64,000 bases of DNA from Candidatus Nanohaloarchaea archaeon (GTDB taxonomy: Archaea; Nanohalarchaeota; Nanosalinia; Nanosalinales; Nanosalinaceae): positions 352,001-416,000 of the forward strand of contig CP046106.1 of the NCBI GenBank assembly GCA_013343275.1, given 5' to 3'. A model generated the notes under the pieces. That model was not told the DNA's origin and searched no databases. It was given only the letters and a program-made list of their open reading frames with translations. Numbering within the stretch: the stretch's first letter is position 1; every line of letters begins with the position of its first letter. The position numbers were made by a program, and so were the translations under genes. Shown here piece after piece: positions 10,105-20,573 of this stretch.

Positions 10105-11298
10105 CTACCTTCTCTTTCTCCAGTAGTAGATAGCTCCTGCGGCCAGCACAACGACGACAATCAGAGGTATTACCGGGCTTCCTGATTTTGTGCCGTACTT
10201 CTTTTTCTCCTCTGCAGTTAGTGCATCAACTGCTACATCCGTAGTGAACGATTTCTCCTCTCCGTTCTCCTGATAGGTAACCTTCACTGGAACCTGAAGA
10301 GAGTCAGCACCAGCAGCCGCATAGACTTCGGCTTCCGCCGTCTGATAGTCATCAGGGTTCATATCTCCCAGGTAGACGCTGCTTCCAGATCTTATACTGT
10401 AGTTCTGGCCGTCAAGAACCTCTACCTTGACGAATTTAGCGGTTCCCTCTCCACGGTTGATGAACCGGAATGTTACTGTGCCAGTACTGCCAGAATCGAT
10501 TGCTCCGTCTTCATTCAGTCCAATCTCCAACTGAGGCTTACCTCCGACCACTATACCCGTGGTCTCAGATTTCGATAGGGAAGCACCGGCCTCGTTCTCA
10601 TATTTAAGAGAGATAGGTATGCTGTAGACTCCGTTCTCGGCGCTTTCATCTATATGGAGCGTGTATGAAACCGTTCGTGTTTCCCCTGGTGCAATACTAC
10701 CTATTCTCTTTCCTGAAGTTCCTGATACCACTGCAGGGGTACTAGTTCCCGGGTTAAGCGAGATCTCTACATTCCGGAAGTACGCTCTTGCGGTATTCTT
10801 TATAGTTAAGTTCATGGTGCGTGATGTTCCTGCTGCTACCTTCTCAGGGAAAGAGACATCGCCTATAACAAGGCCATCGTCGTCAGCCTTTACCTGTACT
10901 GGTATCTTGTAGTTTCTGCCAGTATATTTGGTTGATACCTTGAATTCGAGAGTTTCCTCTCCCTGGAGCGCATTTGAATCTACTCTTATCTGCATCCTGA
11001 ACTCATAGCTGTCTCCCGATTCAAGGCTAGCTATACGCCACCTTTTCTCATTGTCAGGATCTACCGAGAAAGGATAATTCTCCTTGAAAGTAACCGTAAC
11101 ATTACTGTAATCCTCCGACCTTAGATTCGATACCTTAAACCTTACATCAGCATACTGCCCTATCTTCAGAGGCGAGGGCTCCGTGGACATAACCTGTAGA
11201 GAAATCTCTCCAGGCATTGAGACATTTTGCTGTGCTGACACAGGTCCTGAAAACAGGACTGCAAGCGCAATCGTAAATACTAGTGCTAGTCGTTTCAT
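10105..11298 (-). CDS. Surface Ig-like / S-layer-domain (COG1361-like) protein of the ABC operon
   Basis: Signal peptide, repeated beta-sandwich motifs (IGSIAPGETRTVSY, YLGDMNPDD), C-terminal TM plus basic tail. Confidence 0.75.
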   Translation of the reverse strand: MKRLALVFTIALAVLFSGPVSAQQNVSMPGEISLQVMSTEPSPLKIGQYADVRFKVSNLRSEDYSNVTVTFKENYPFSVDPDNEKRWRIASLESGDSYEFRMQIRVDSNALQGEETLEFKVSTKYTGRNYKIPVQVKADDDGLVIGDVSFPEKVAAGTSRTMNLTIKNTARAYFRNVEISLNPGTSTPAVVSGTSGKRIGSIAPGETRTVSYTLHIDESAENGVYSIPISLKYENEAGASLSKSETTGIVVGGKPQLEIGLNEDGAIDSGSTGTVTFRFINRGEGTAKFVKVEVLDGQNYSIRSGSSVYLGDMNPDDYQTAEAEVYAAAGADSLQVPVKVTYQENGEEKSFTTDVAVDALTAEEKKKYGTKSGSPVIPLIVVVVLAAGAIYYWRKRR

Positions 11299-11307
11299 AG
11301 TATTGAT

Positions 11308-12027
11308 TTAATCATCTTGAATTCTCGAGGTGTACTCGTAGTTGTCTTCCTTCTCTTTTTTCGTAGTTACACCATCCGTTATATCTACTATATACTCTGC
11401 GTACTGTGCATCGTGCGGATCATGTGTCACCATGATAATAGTCTTTCCTTCTTCCTCATTAAGCTCCTTTAACAGCTCCATTACCTTGTCCCCAGTCTCT
11501 GTATCCAGATTTCCTGTAGGCTCGTCCGCCAGGATAATCTCGGGATCATTTACCAGAGCCCGTGCGATTGAAACTCGCTGTTGCTGACCTCCCGAAAGCT
11601 CAGAAGGCATGTGATCCAGTCTGTTACCTAGGCCCATACGTTCCAGCAGTTCCTTACTTCTCTCCATTCTCTCCTTCCGGGACGAACCTCTGAAGAGCAT
11701 AGGTAGAGCCACATTCTCCTGGGCCGTCATAGAGGAGATCAGGTTGAACTTCTGAAAGACAAAACCTACCTTCTCACTTCTTAACCGGGCTAACTCGTTC
11801 TCACTTAATTCAGAGAGATCGTTGTCATCCAGCGTTACTTTTCCTTTTGTAGGTACATCGAGAGCTCCAATCATATTCATCAAGGTAGATTTTCCTGATC
11901 CTGAAGGACCCATGATGGCCACGAAATCTCCCTGATTTATTTCCAGATCAGAACCTCTCAAGGCCTTTACAGTATTCTCTCCCATCTGGTACTCTTTAAC
12001 TACGTCTTCTAGATCAATCAAAGCCAT
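11308..12027 (-). CDS. ABC transporter ATP-binding protein (LolD/MacB-type)
   Basis: [32 protein letters not shown]. Confidence 0.95.
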   Translation of the reverse strand: MALIDLEDVVKEYQMGENTVKALRGSDLEINQGDFVAIMGPSGSGKSTLMNMIGALDVPTKGKVTLDDNDLSELSENELARLRSEKVGFVFQKFNLISSMTAQENVALPMLFRGSSRKERMERSKELLERMGLGNRLDHMPSELSGGQQQRVSIARALVNDPEIILADEPTGNLDTETGDKVMELLKELNEEEGKTIIMVTHDPHDAQYAEYIVDITDGVTTKKEKEDNYEYTSRIQDD

Positions 12028-12128
12028 CTGTTAGATACAGTTATCAGGATTCTTTATCAAGTCTTGGGAAAATTCGGTTTCCATCGAATTTATTCATTTT
12101 TTATTTCTGCCTCTCCAACCATAAAATA

Positions 12129-12659
12129 ATGGCCAGCGATCAGGATGCAGCAGAGACAGTTATAGAAGCGATGGAAGATGTTGCCGAGGTGTACGGTTTC
12201 AGGAAAAGCTACGCCAGAGTCTACGGCACACTCTATTTCCAGACCGATGCCCAGACCATGGACGAGCTAAGCGATAAGACGGGTTTTGCCAAGTCAACAG
12301 TTTCCGATGCTCTGCAGAAGCTGGAGGAGCTGCATATGGTCTACAGCGAGAAGAGAGAAGGTCATGGGAAGACCAAGTTCTACCAGGCTGAAGAAGACCT
12401 GGAGAAGGCCATGAAGAAGATAATAGATAATCAGGCTACGGACGAGATCCAGATAATGCTCGACGCCCTGGAAGAGGCGAAAGAACAGGCCGATGAAGGA
12501 AGTACGGAAGAGGAGAAGATAGAGAATCTGCAGGATTTCTACCAGAAGTCAAGAAAGATTATCGGGCTTTTCAAGAAAATGCCGAGTGGCAAAGTGCTCT
12601 CACGGATCTCAGAGTCTTTAAAGACCAGCCTGTCAAGAGTCAGCGGAAAAGACTCCTGA
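12129..12659 (+). CDS. GbsR/MarR-family transcriptional regulator
   Basis: YGFRKSYARVYGTLYF...TMDELSDKTGFAKSTVSDAL HTH; divergent from the ABC operon. Confidence 0.8.
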   Translation: MASDQDAAETVIEAMEDVAEVYGFRKSYARVYGTLYFQTDAQTMDELSDKTGFAKSTVSDALQKLEELHMVYSEKREGHGKTKFYQAEEDLEKAMKKIIDNQATDEIQIMLDALEEAKEQADEGSTEEEKIENLQDFYQKSRKIIGLFKKMPSGKVLSRISESLKTSLSRVSGKDS

Positions 12660-13707
12660 ACTGATCAAAAGAAAGTAGAGTAGAAGGCCTATCCATATGA
12701 ACACCTATTTCTCCCTCAAAAATCTTTAAACCTGATCTCTGGATTAATTCGGGCCACGAGTAGGCTTTCTCGAAAATCTTACCTGCCCGGATTTCGTTCA
12801 GAAGTTCCGACCGCCAGGCCTTCTCGTAGTCATCAAGAGTATCAGGATCCTCAACATCTATGGATTCCGCAGCTTTTTCTACTGCTCTCATTCCGTAAAG
12901 TATCCCTCCCCCGGTGAATGGCTTGGTCTGGGCTGCTGCATCACCTACAAGGAATACTCTTTCAGAAGTAACCGTTTGTGCAGGCCCTACAGGTATAGCT
13001 CCCGCACAGATATTCCTCTGCTCTTCCTGATCGATGAAGCCATCTGTTATCTTATTCAGCCATTTCTGAGGGTTCTCACCTTTCGGTACTGCGGCGCCGT
13101 ACTCTACAGAGTCTCCTCTGGGGATTCTCCAGCCGAAAAACTCTGGAACTTCAAGAAAAACATCCACAAAGTCCGAAGGATCGTTCTCATCCGAGAAACA
13201 GAGGATTCCCTGATAGAAATGGTCCGGTTCTGGAAGACCGATCTGATCTCTGACGGTAGATGAGGCACCATCACATCCTGCAACCATAGAGGCCCGGTAT
13301 TCCCCTCTGTCAGTAAGTACCTTAACCCCGTCTTTATTCTCCTCTACTTTTTCAACTGTCTCTCCAAGCCTGTATTCTGCTCCTGCATCCTTAGCCTCCT
13401 CTGCCTTCAGTTTATCTAGCTCCACACGGTCTATAACATAGGAAACTGTCTCATTCTTGTAGAAACTGTATTCTGCATCGGACTCGGTGTGGAAGTTTGC
13501 TCCTGTGATCTCATTCTGGTAAAGCCTGTCACGAGCTTCCTCTGGTACGAAATCCCAGATATCGGGCGAAACATGACCTGAACAGGCAAGAGGCTTACCT
13601 ATCTCATCTGAACGCTCTATTAGAAGTACTTCAAGGCCTTTCTCCTGCATTTTCTGTGCGAGGTGCGATCCTACAGGACCTGCACCTACAATGATTAAGT
13701 CTCTCAA
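12640..13707 (-). CDS. Geranylgeranyl reductase-family FAD oxidoreductase
   Basis: IIVGAGPVG, ACSG, GCDGASS, LVGDAA.QTKPFTGGGI. Confidence 0.85.
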   Translation of the reverse strand: MRDLIIVGAGPVGSHLAQKMQEKGLEVLLIERSDEIGKPLACSGHVSPDIWDFVPEEARDRLYQNEITGANFHTESDAEYSFYKNETVSYVIDRVELDKLKAEEAKDAGAEYRLGETVEKVEENKDGVKVLTDRGEYRASMVAGCDGASSTVRDQIGLPEPDHFYQGILCFSDENDPSDFVDVFLEVPEFFGWRIPRGDSVEYGAAVPKGENPQKWLNKITDGFIDQEEQRNICAGAIPVGPAQTVTSERVFLVGDAAAQTKPFTGGGILYGMRAVEKAAESIDVEDPDTLDDYEKAWRSELLNEIRAGKIFEKAYSWPELIQRSGLKIFEGEIGVHMDRPSTLLSFDQFRSLFR

Positions 13708-13759
13708 CCGAAAATCGCCTGGATTTTCTGTGAAATCTTAAAATCAGAGATTTTATTCA

Positions 13760-14065
13760 TTAGTACCAGTCGGGTTCGGAGATTTTGATGTCGCCGTAGA
13801 CTTCTGTCTGGCAGCTCAGACGGAACGGGCCATCCAGTACTTCTTCTCCCTGGAATCTTCGAAGAGTATTTTTCTCGTCCTGCTGTTGTTCGGAGAGGTT
13901 TTCCATTCCTTCTTCGACTTTTACCCGACAGGTTGTGCAGTTGCAGAATCCTCCACATGCGTGCATCCATTCGACCCCTCCGTGAAGAAGTGCCTGTAGT
14001 ATTGACTGGCCGTCCTCTGCCTCTACCTCTTCGTCCCTGTCGGTGAACTCTATTTTGTGTGTCAT
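13760..14065 (-). CDS. 2Fe-2S ferredoxin
   Basis: HACGGFCNCTTC...RLSCQ. Confidence 0.9.
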   Translation of the reverse strand: MTHKIEFTDRDEEVEAEDGQSILQALLHGGVEWMHACGGFCNCTTCRVKVEEGMENLSEQQQDEKNTLRRFQGEEVLDGPFRLSCQTEVYGDIKISEPDWY

Positions 14066-14137
14066 AATTGTTGAGGTCTGTCCAAGTTACAAATAGGTTT
14101 GGAAGAGTTTAAGTTCGAGAGAACTCTTTTTCTCTAC

Positions 14138-15532
14138 ATGAGCGATCTCGGATTTAGAGAATCTCTTGCTATGGGCGTCGGCGGTATTATTGGAGGAGGT
14201 ATTTTCGCTGCTTTAGGTGTTGCCGCAGCAATCGCAGGTAACGCAGCCCCGCTCTCCTATCTACTAGCTGGTATAGTTGCGCTTGCATCTGCCTACTCGT
14301 ACGTAAAAATGACTGCTCACTTCGAAGACGAAGGAGGATCGTTCACATTCCTTGAACATTACGTAGATAATGAGAACATTGCAGGAATAGTTGGATGGAT
14401 ACTCGTAGTTGGATACATCGGTACAATGGCGATGTATGCCTATGCATTCGGTTCTTTCGCCGCCAATATTTTCCCGATGAGTTTCTCGCTACTCCGGCCT
14501 GTTCTATCAGTTGCAATAGTCGCAATCTTTGTACTGGTTAACTTTTCAGGTACTTCCAGTGCTGGAGAATCCGAGGATCTGCTGGTCTACGTCAAGGTCC
14601 TTATACTAGGCCTCTTCTCAGTTTCCGGCATTTACATGATATTTCAGCAGCCTGAGAGAGCATTCTTCACAGGAGGGTTCCTGCAGCACGGTGTTCTATC
14701 GCCTATATTTGCTGTTGGCGCCATATTTGTCTCTTTCGAGGGTTTTCAGCTACTGACTTATGAATACTCGGAGATGAAGGACGGCATAGATACTCTGAAG
14801 AAAGCAGTCTACCTCTCCGTGATCACCTCTTCTGTAATCTATGTGCTGGTCGCTCTTGTCACCACGAACCTGATGACGGCTGAACAGATAGCAGTTCACA
14901 AGGAGACTGCTCTGGCATTTGCCTCATCACAAATCTTCCACAACCAGCTCTTTCAGGCCGCAAGCGTGTTTCTGGTGTCATTAGCCGCTCTTTTCTCAAC
15001 GGCATCAGCAATAAATGCAACCCTTTTCGGTACCTCCAGGCTCACGTATAGAATCGCCAGCGACAACGAAATGCCCGAACTTTTCTCCTTCCGCAACTCT
15101 CACGGAGTACCCACCCACAGTATTGCAGCAGTAGGAGGCCTCACAGCTCTCTTCACCTTTGCCGGTTCACTGGAAGAAGTTACAACCTTTGCATCAGTGG
15201 CCTTCATCTGCATATTCGGAATAGTCAATTTCATCTGCCTCAAAGACACAGAGGCCAGGGACAGGGCATGGATACCAGCTCTCGGCCTGTTCGGATCTAT
15301 CACCTCTCTCGGGCTTCTTGTGATGCATCTTTACCGGACCAACCATCACATGCTGTACTACATAGGAGGAATCTTCATAGCGATATTTATCGCCGAGTTC
15401 TTCTACTTTGAAAGAGAGGAAATTGAGGAAGAGGTCGAAGAGATAGAGGAGGAAGCTGAAAAAGAGGAAAGAGAACTGGAGAAAGAAGTAGAAAATATAG
15501 AGAGCAATCTGGAGGAAGAGTTTGAAAAATAA
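14138..15532 (+). CDS. APC-family amino acid permease with acidic C-terminal tail
   Basis: GGIIGGGIF, SFEGFQ, about 12 hydrophobic segments; ATG at 14138 preferred. Confidence 0.85.
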   Translation: MSDLGFRESLAMGVGGIIGGGIFAALGVAAAIAGNAAPLSYLLAGIVALASAYSYVKMTAHFEDEGGSFTFLEHYVDNENIAGIVGWILVVGYIGTMAMYAYAFGSFAANIFPMSFSLLRPVLSVAIVAIFVLVNFSGTSSAGESEDLLVYVKVLILGLFSVSGIYMIFQQPERAFFTGGFLQHGVLSPIFAVGAIFVSFEGFQLLTYEYSEMKDGIDTLKKAVYLSVITSSVIYVLVALVTTNLMTAEQIAVHKETALAFASSQIFHNQLFQAASVFLVSLAALFSTASAINATLFGTSRLTYRIASDNEMPELFSFRNSHGVPTHSIAAVGGLTALFTFAGSLEEVTTFASVAFICIFGIVNFICLKDTEARDRAWIPALGLFGSITSLGLLVMHLYRTNHHMLYYIGGIFIAIFIAEFFYFEREEIEEEVEEIEEEAEKEERELEKEVENIESNLEEEFEK

Positions 15533-15552
15533 TAAGAAAAAGGCGGCAAGGC

Positions 15553-15942
15553 CTATACTGTGCCGGAGAATGTTGCAGCGTAGAAAACTGCTGTCAGGAA
15601 GATAGCAGAGACTGCAGAGTAGTAATGAATTCTCCTGGCCATTTCTCTATCCTCATCAAGCTTCTCTTCCGGAACCTCTTCGGTCTCATCTTCTTCACCT
15701 TTGCTCCGGATGCCTTTAGTTGCAAATCCTGCGCAGAAACTGAATCTTCCCTGATAAAGGCCCTCGAATCCTGCGATTAACGCTGCAAGGACTCCTACAG
15801 TCATTAGTGGCTGGAGATCGAAGCTGTAGGTTGCAAGACTCATTATCCCTGCAGCTCCGAACCCTATTGCCGACATTAGATATCTTCTTCGCTGCTGGTA
15901 CCTGTTGATATTACAGGATCCAGCTTCGTACTCGTAGCTCAT
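15553..15942 (-). CDS. Hypothetical membrane protein
   Basis: Three hydrophobic segments; GSCNI and FSFC motifs. Confidence 0.7.
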   Translation of the reverse strand: MSYEYEAGSCNINRYQQRRRYLMSAIGFGAAGIMSLATYSFDLQPLMTVGVLAALIAGFEGLYQGRFSFCAGFATKGIRSKGEEDETEEVPEEKLDEDREMARRIHYYSAVSAIFLTAVFYAATFSGTV

Positions 15943-15969
15943 AGAGAAGAATAAAGGAAAAGAGATATT

Positions 15970-17172
15970 TTAGAGTACCGATACCGAGATCCCCAGAACC
16001 AGGGATCCGAGGAGACCAGCCCAGACAACCAGCGACCAGTAATTCAGTACGCCCCGTCCATCAGGGTAGAACCTCTCGAGGAACGCATCTACAACCTGTC
16101 CTCCATCAAGAGGTTTAGCTGGCAGCATGTTGAAGAACCCTACTACAAAGTTCAGGTAGGCCACCATCTTCAGCAGGTTGATAAACCACTGCATACCTGC
16201 AGCGAAAGGCATAACACTTGGAATATACTCTCTGTAAGTGTATTCAACAGTCTCTACAGTGAAACTACCTTCGCTTGTCTGTAAGACCAATGTCTGATTT
16301 GGCCTGAGGCCTTCAGAAATATTTCTCAAATCCTGAGGAGTCTCTATCACTGTACCGTTAATGGATTCAAGAGTTCCATTCCTCATACCGGCTTCGTACG
16401 CCGGGAAGCCTTCCATAGCCTGGTACTTAAGGCCACTATCCGTTGGCTGGGTCTGGATGCCGATAAACCCTGACTGCTGGACAGTAGTGGTGGCGGCGAT
16501 AGTTCCTAGGAATAGAAGCCCAAACACTGCGGCTGTAAGGTAGTTAGCGAAGCTTCCTGCACAGAGAACCTTCAACCTCTGTGTCCATGTACCTTGATCC
16601 CACATGCCGCCTTCTCCATTCTCTGAGGACTCCATATCTTCATCTTCTCCTGGAAGCATGTTCTCTCCTTTTGGCTCTACGAAAGCACCTGGAATAACGC
16701 CCATTACTATCCAGCCAACAGAGTTAATTTCGAAGTCCTCTGCACGGGCCACTATGCCGTGGCTGAACTCGTGGACAACCATCAGTACTGCTATCGATGC
16801 AATCCAGTACTCTACAGGGATGAACGAAATCCCGGACTGGAATGTGGCCTCTCCGCTGAGACCTGGAGCGATCAGTGCCGGGCCGCCTCCGCTTGCAGGG
16901 CTTTTGAAAAGGCCTATTATTGCTGAGCCAGCAAGGTAGAGTGCAGCTGGAATGCTTATGAGACCGAACAGAACTCCTGTCCAGCCGTATACATTCCAGA
17001 GTCTTGGGAATTTTTTCGCAACCTTATCTATGAACTCTACACCATGCTTGGTTCTCCGGTAGAAAAGTATTGATACCCGCTGAATCTTGTTTCTGTCATA
17101 CCATAGAAAGGCTGAAAGCGCTGCCAGAAAAACTATTGAGAATATAACTCGCGGTTCAAGTCCATAGATCAT
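15970..17172 (-). CDS. Site-2 protease (M50) with PDZ-like insert
   Basis: HEFSH, GAFVEP, AGSFAN, NMLPAKPLDGG. Confidence 0.9.
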   Translation of the reverse strand: MIYGLEPRVIFSIVFLAALSAFLWYDRNKIQRVSILFYRRTKHGVEFIDKVAKKFPRLWNVYGWTGVLFGLISIPAALYLAGSAIIGLFKSPASGGGPALIAPGLSGEATFQSGISFIPVEYWIASIAVLMVVHEFSHGIVARAEDFEINSVGWIVMGVIPGAFVEPKGENMLPGEDEDMESSENGEGGMWDQGTWTQRLKVLCAGSFANYLTAAVFGLLFLGTIAATTTVQQSGFIGIQTQPTDSGLKYQAMEGFPAYEAGMRNGTLESINGTVIETPQDLRNISEGLRPNQTLVLQTSEGSFTVETVEYTYREYIPSVMPFAAGMQWFINLLKMVAYLNFVVGFFNMLPAKPLDGGQVVDAFLERFYPDGRGVLNYWSLVVWAGLLGSLVLGISVSVL

Positions 17173-17255
17173 GTATCTTCTTGAAGTGTCGGATGCTTAA
17201 AAACTCGTGCTCGAGTATCGAGCGGTATAAAAAATTCTGCAAGTAAAAGGCCTAC

Positions 17256-18857
17256 ATGAGCGAGCAACCTTTGTTCTGGTCAGACCAGCTGGCGTTTGGC
17301 GTCAGGAAAAAATTTGAAGATGAAGAGACATATGTATGCGCCTCAGGGATCAGTCCTTCAGGCCTTGTACACGCAGGAAACTTCAGAGAAATTATTACCA
17401 CAGATTTTGTTGTTAAATCACTGAAGAACTATGATGAAGATGTCAGGTTTATCTATTCCTGGGATGACTACGACAGATTCCGAAAGGTTCCCTCAAACGT
17501 ACCTGATGAATGGGAACAGTACATAGGCCTACCGCTAAGTGAGGTCCCGGATCCGGAAGGTTGCCACGACAGTTACGCAGAGCATTTCGAATCCAGACTT
17601 GAGGACGAGCTTGAAGGAATGCATATGGATATCGAGTTCATCCGGCAGAGCGAGAAGTTCAAGGCCGGAGACTACACCGAGCAGATCAAGAAGGCCATGA
17701 ACAACCGAGAGAGGATCAAAGAGATACTAGATAAGTACAGAAGAGAGCCTCTGGAAGAACCTTACTTCCCTCTAAGAGTATACTGTAAGGAATGCGGTAA
17801 AGATTTCACCGAGGTCACCGATTACGACGGGGAGTATACTGTCCAGTATCACTGTGGGGAATGTGAGAAAGATCACGAGCTTAACTTCAAAGAAAATCCT
17901 TCTGTCAAGCTGCCTTGGCGTGTTGACTGGCCTATGCGCTGGGAGTATGAGGGAGTCGACTTTGAACCTGCTGGGAAGGAGCACTCTGCCTCAGGAGGTT
18001 CACGGGATACAGGAAACGAGCTGGCTCGCAAGATTTTCGACAAGGAGCCGCCTGTCCACCAGATGTACGAGTTCGTTACGAAAGACGGAGCCAAGATCTC
18101 CTCAAGCTCCGGAGAGAACGTCTTCACAGTCTCCACGTTAAAAGAGGTTTACTCGCCGGAGATAATCAGGTTCCTGTTCTCCAACACGAAGCCAAGCAAG
18201 GCCTTCGAGATTCCTTTCCAGTCAGAGGACATCTTCCAGCGGTACGATAACTTCGACAAGGTAGAGAATGCGTACTTTAACCCGGAAGAAGTGGAGAACG
18301 ACAGGAAGAGAGAGCACTGGAAACGCGTATACGAAATTGCAATGGTCGATATACCTGAAGAGCAGCCTGTAAGAGTTCCATTCCAGCACGCAGCGTTCAT
18401 TGCTCAGACAGTGCCGGAAGAGGAATGGCGAGATAAAGGAATTGAATCACTGAAGCGTACAGGCCATATCCCAGAAAATATCTCGGAAGAAAACGTTGAA
18501 AGAGTGCTTGATCGGTTAGAACGTGCGAAGAACTGGGCCCGTGACTATGCTCCAGAGGAGTACGTCTATGAGATCAATACAGAGATAACAGATGAGATCA
18601 GAGATGAGTTAAGCGAGGACGAACAGGAGGCCATGGTTCTGCTGGCTGATCTACTTGAATCCACAGATTTCGAGGATCAAGACGATCTAGACGGCAAGAT
18701 CTTCGATGTGAAAGAAGATTCTGAACTTGGCACTGGAGAGTTCTTCACTGCGGCCTACAAAACACTTCTATCGAGAGAGCAGGGGCCTCGACTCTCCCGT
18801 CTGATCATGTCGATCGGAGTTGAGGACACTGCAGAAATTTTGAGGCAGCTGGAATAA
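17256..18857 (+). CDS. lysS: Lysine--tRNA ligase, class I
   Basis: SGISPSGLVHAGN, KLPWRVDWPMRW, EPAGKEH, KISSS, QGPRL. Confidence 0.96.
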   Translation: MSEQPLFWSDQLAFGVRKKFEDEETYVCASGISPSGLVHAGNFREIITTDFVVKSLKNYDEDVRFIYSWDDYDRFRKVPSNVPDEWEQYIGLPLSEVPDPEGCHDSYAEHFESRLEDELEGMHMDIEFIRQSEKFKAGDYTEQIKKAMNNRERIKEILDKYRREPLEEPYFPLRVYCKECGKDFTEVTDYDGEYTVQYHCGECEKDHELNFKENPSVKLPWRVDWPMRWEYEGVDFEPAGKEHSASGGSRDTGNELARKIFDKEPPVHQMYEFVTKDGAKISSSSGENVFTVSTLKEVYSPEIIRFLFSNTKPSKAFEIPFQSEDIFQRYDNFDKVENAYFNPEEVENDRKREHWKRVYEIAMVDIPEEQPVRVPFQHAAFIAQTVPEEEWRDKGIESLKRTGHIPENISEENVERVLDRLERAKNWARDYAPEEYVYEINTEITDEIRDELSEDEQEAMVLLADLLESTDFEDQDDLDGKIFDVKEDSELGTGEFFTAAYKTLLSREQGPRLSRLIMSIGVEDTAEILRQLE

Positions 18858-19465
18858 TGAGGGAGAAAGTAAAGGAAGGCTACGATGAAGGAGACTATGA
18901 AGGGGATTACAGAAAAGGCCGTGAGGTCAGGGAAAAAGAAAGAGAGCTACTAGACCGGTTATTTGGCAGAGTCTCTAGCAGCCGTGTACTGGATCTTGGA
19001 TGTGGTACAGGCCTTCCTTTCGACCGTTTTCTTGTAGAGAAAGATTTCGATGTTACCGGAGTAGATATTTCGGAGAAACATGTGAAGATGGCTCGGGAGA
19101 ACGTTCCTGAAGCCGACTTCATTGAGGGAGACTTTTTCGAAAGAGATTTCGAAGAGAACACCTTTGATGCTGTAGTCAGCTTCTATGCCATTTTCCATAT
19201 TCCTCGTCAGGAGCACCCTGAACTCTTCACCCAGATCAGGAAATGGGTCAAAGAGGACGGTGCTGTACTGATTACGCTGGGCCCTGAAGAAATGGACAAC
19301 CACCACGGAGAGATAGGCGGACAGGAAATGTTATGGAGTTCATACTCTCCTGAGAAAAATATCAAACTGCTGGAAGATGCTGGTTTCGACATTGTAACTA
19401 CCTACACAGAGGACTACAGAGACGAAACCCATTTCTGGGTTCTTGCAGAGCCTTCAGGACAATGA
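18857..19465 (+). CDS. Class I SAM-dependent methyltransferase
   Basis: VLDLGCGTG, GVDIS, FDAVVSFYAIFH. Confidence 0.9.
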   Translation: MREKVKEGYDEGDYEGDYRKGREVREKERELLDRLFGRVSSSRVLDLGCGTGLPFDRFLVEKDFDVTGVDISEKHVKMARENVPEADFIEGDFFERDFEENTFDAVVSFYAIFHIPRQEHPELFTQIRKWVKEDGAVLITLGPEEMDNHHGEIGGQEMLWSSYSPEKNIKLLEDAGFDIVTTYTEDYRDETHFWVLAEPSGQ

Positions 19466-20091
19466 AAAACAACCAGTTCCACTTTACGGCCTTGATTTTC
19501 TGCTTTTTTCTTTCTCTAGTCTATGCTGGCCAGTATCTTTATGGGTGGCAGCCAGGCTTTCAGGCCTCGGTATCGCCGTGGTGGAAGTTCTTCACATCAT
19601 TCCTCGGGCATTCAGGTCTGGAACACCTTCTCAACAATCTGTTCTTCCTCGGGCTTTTCGGCTCGATGTACGAGCTGCTGACCGACGGCAAAACCTTTCT
19701 CGGGACTTTCCTGATTTCAGCACTTGTCGGAAACCTTACAGCATTCATCTTCTTCCCGAACTCAGTAATCATCGGGGCCTCTGGAGGTGCTGTCGGTGTT
19801 CTGGCAGCGCTTGCTGTATACCAGCCTAACAAGATAGGTCTTGTGTTCGGAGTTCCAGCACCTATGTGGGCGGTGCTTCCAGGATATATAGCTCTGAATC
19901 TTATCGGTTTAGGAGCAGAAAATAGCGTGGCTTACGAGGCCCACCTGTTTGGAATGTTTGCAGGTGCGGCTATAGGCCTTTATCTACGTGAAGGAAGTAG
20001 TGAGGAAGAATCTGGAGAAGAGCGAGGAGAGGGAAATGACGAGGACTGGAGAAGCAGGATTAGAGAATGGGAAGAGAAGTATATGCTCTAA
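19462..20091 (+). CDS. Rhomboid-family intramembrane serine protease
   Basis: H..HLLNN, GASGG, AHLFG. Confidence 0.9.
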   Translation: MKNNQFHFTALIFCFFLSLVYAGQYLYGWQPGFQASVSPWWKFFTSFLGHSGLEHLLNNLFFLGLFGSMYELLTDGKTFLGTFLISALVGNLTAFIFFPNSVIIGASGGAVGVLAALAVYQPNKIGLVFGVPAPMWAVLPGYIALNLIGLGAENSVAYEAHLFGMFAGAAIGLYLREGSSEEESGEERGEGNDEDWRSRIREWEEKYML

Positions 20092-20531
20092 CCCATAGGA
20101 TTGAAATCTCTATCTGAGGAGTCATCCTCGTCCTCAAAGAAATCGTCTACGTCTTTATCGTCTTCCTCTTCCTGATCCCTGGAACGGCCTCTACTGCTGT
20201 TGGAGTTTTGCTGGCTTCGGCTACTGTTTCTGGAACGGGAGCGACCAGAGTTACTGTTTTTCCGGCTTCGGTCTGTATCAGAATTGCTACCTGAATTTCT
20301 ACTTGAACCTCTATCCTGGCTCTGGCTCTGCTGCCGGGCCTGTTGCTGTTTCTGCTGGCTTTGCTGCTGTATCTGGCTGATAAACTGGTCTGTGTCGATG
20401 CCTTGGTCCTCGAGTGCGCTCAGATGTCTTTCCAGCTGAGAGTTAACTATCTGTAGTATTCTTGAAAGCTCTTTCTTCTCATGTAGAAGTGTTTCAACTG
20501 CACCTTTGTGACGGCCTATTTCCTCTGACAT
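20088..20531 (-). CDS. Hypothetical protein: N-terminal helical domain plus Q/RS-rich and acidic disordered tail
   Basis: ORF track; composition. Confidence 0.75.
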   Translation of the reverse strand: MSEEIGRHKGAVETLLHEKKELSRILQIVNSQLERHLSALEDQGIDTDQFISQIQQQSQQKQQQARQQSQSQDRGSSRNSGSNSDTDRSRKNSNSGRSRSRNSSRSQQNSNSSRGRSRDQEEEDDKDVDDFFEDEDDSSDRDFNPMG

Positions 20532-20573
20532 AACGGTTTCTTCGCACCCGACTTCATTAAAACTTCCTGTAGT

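Noticed and set aside
15410-15532. Glu-rich quasi-repeat at the permease C-terminus
   Set aside because: Ordinary acidic low-complexity tail, not a DNA repeat element
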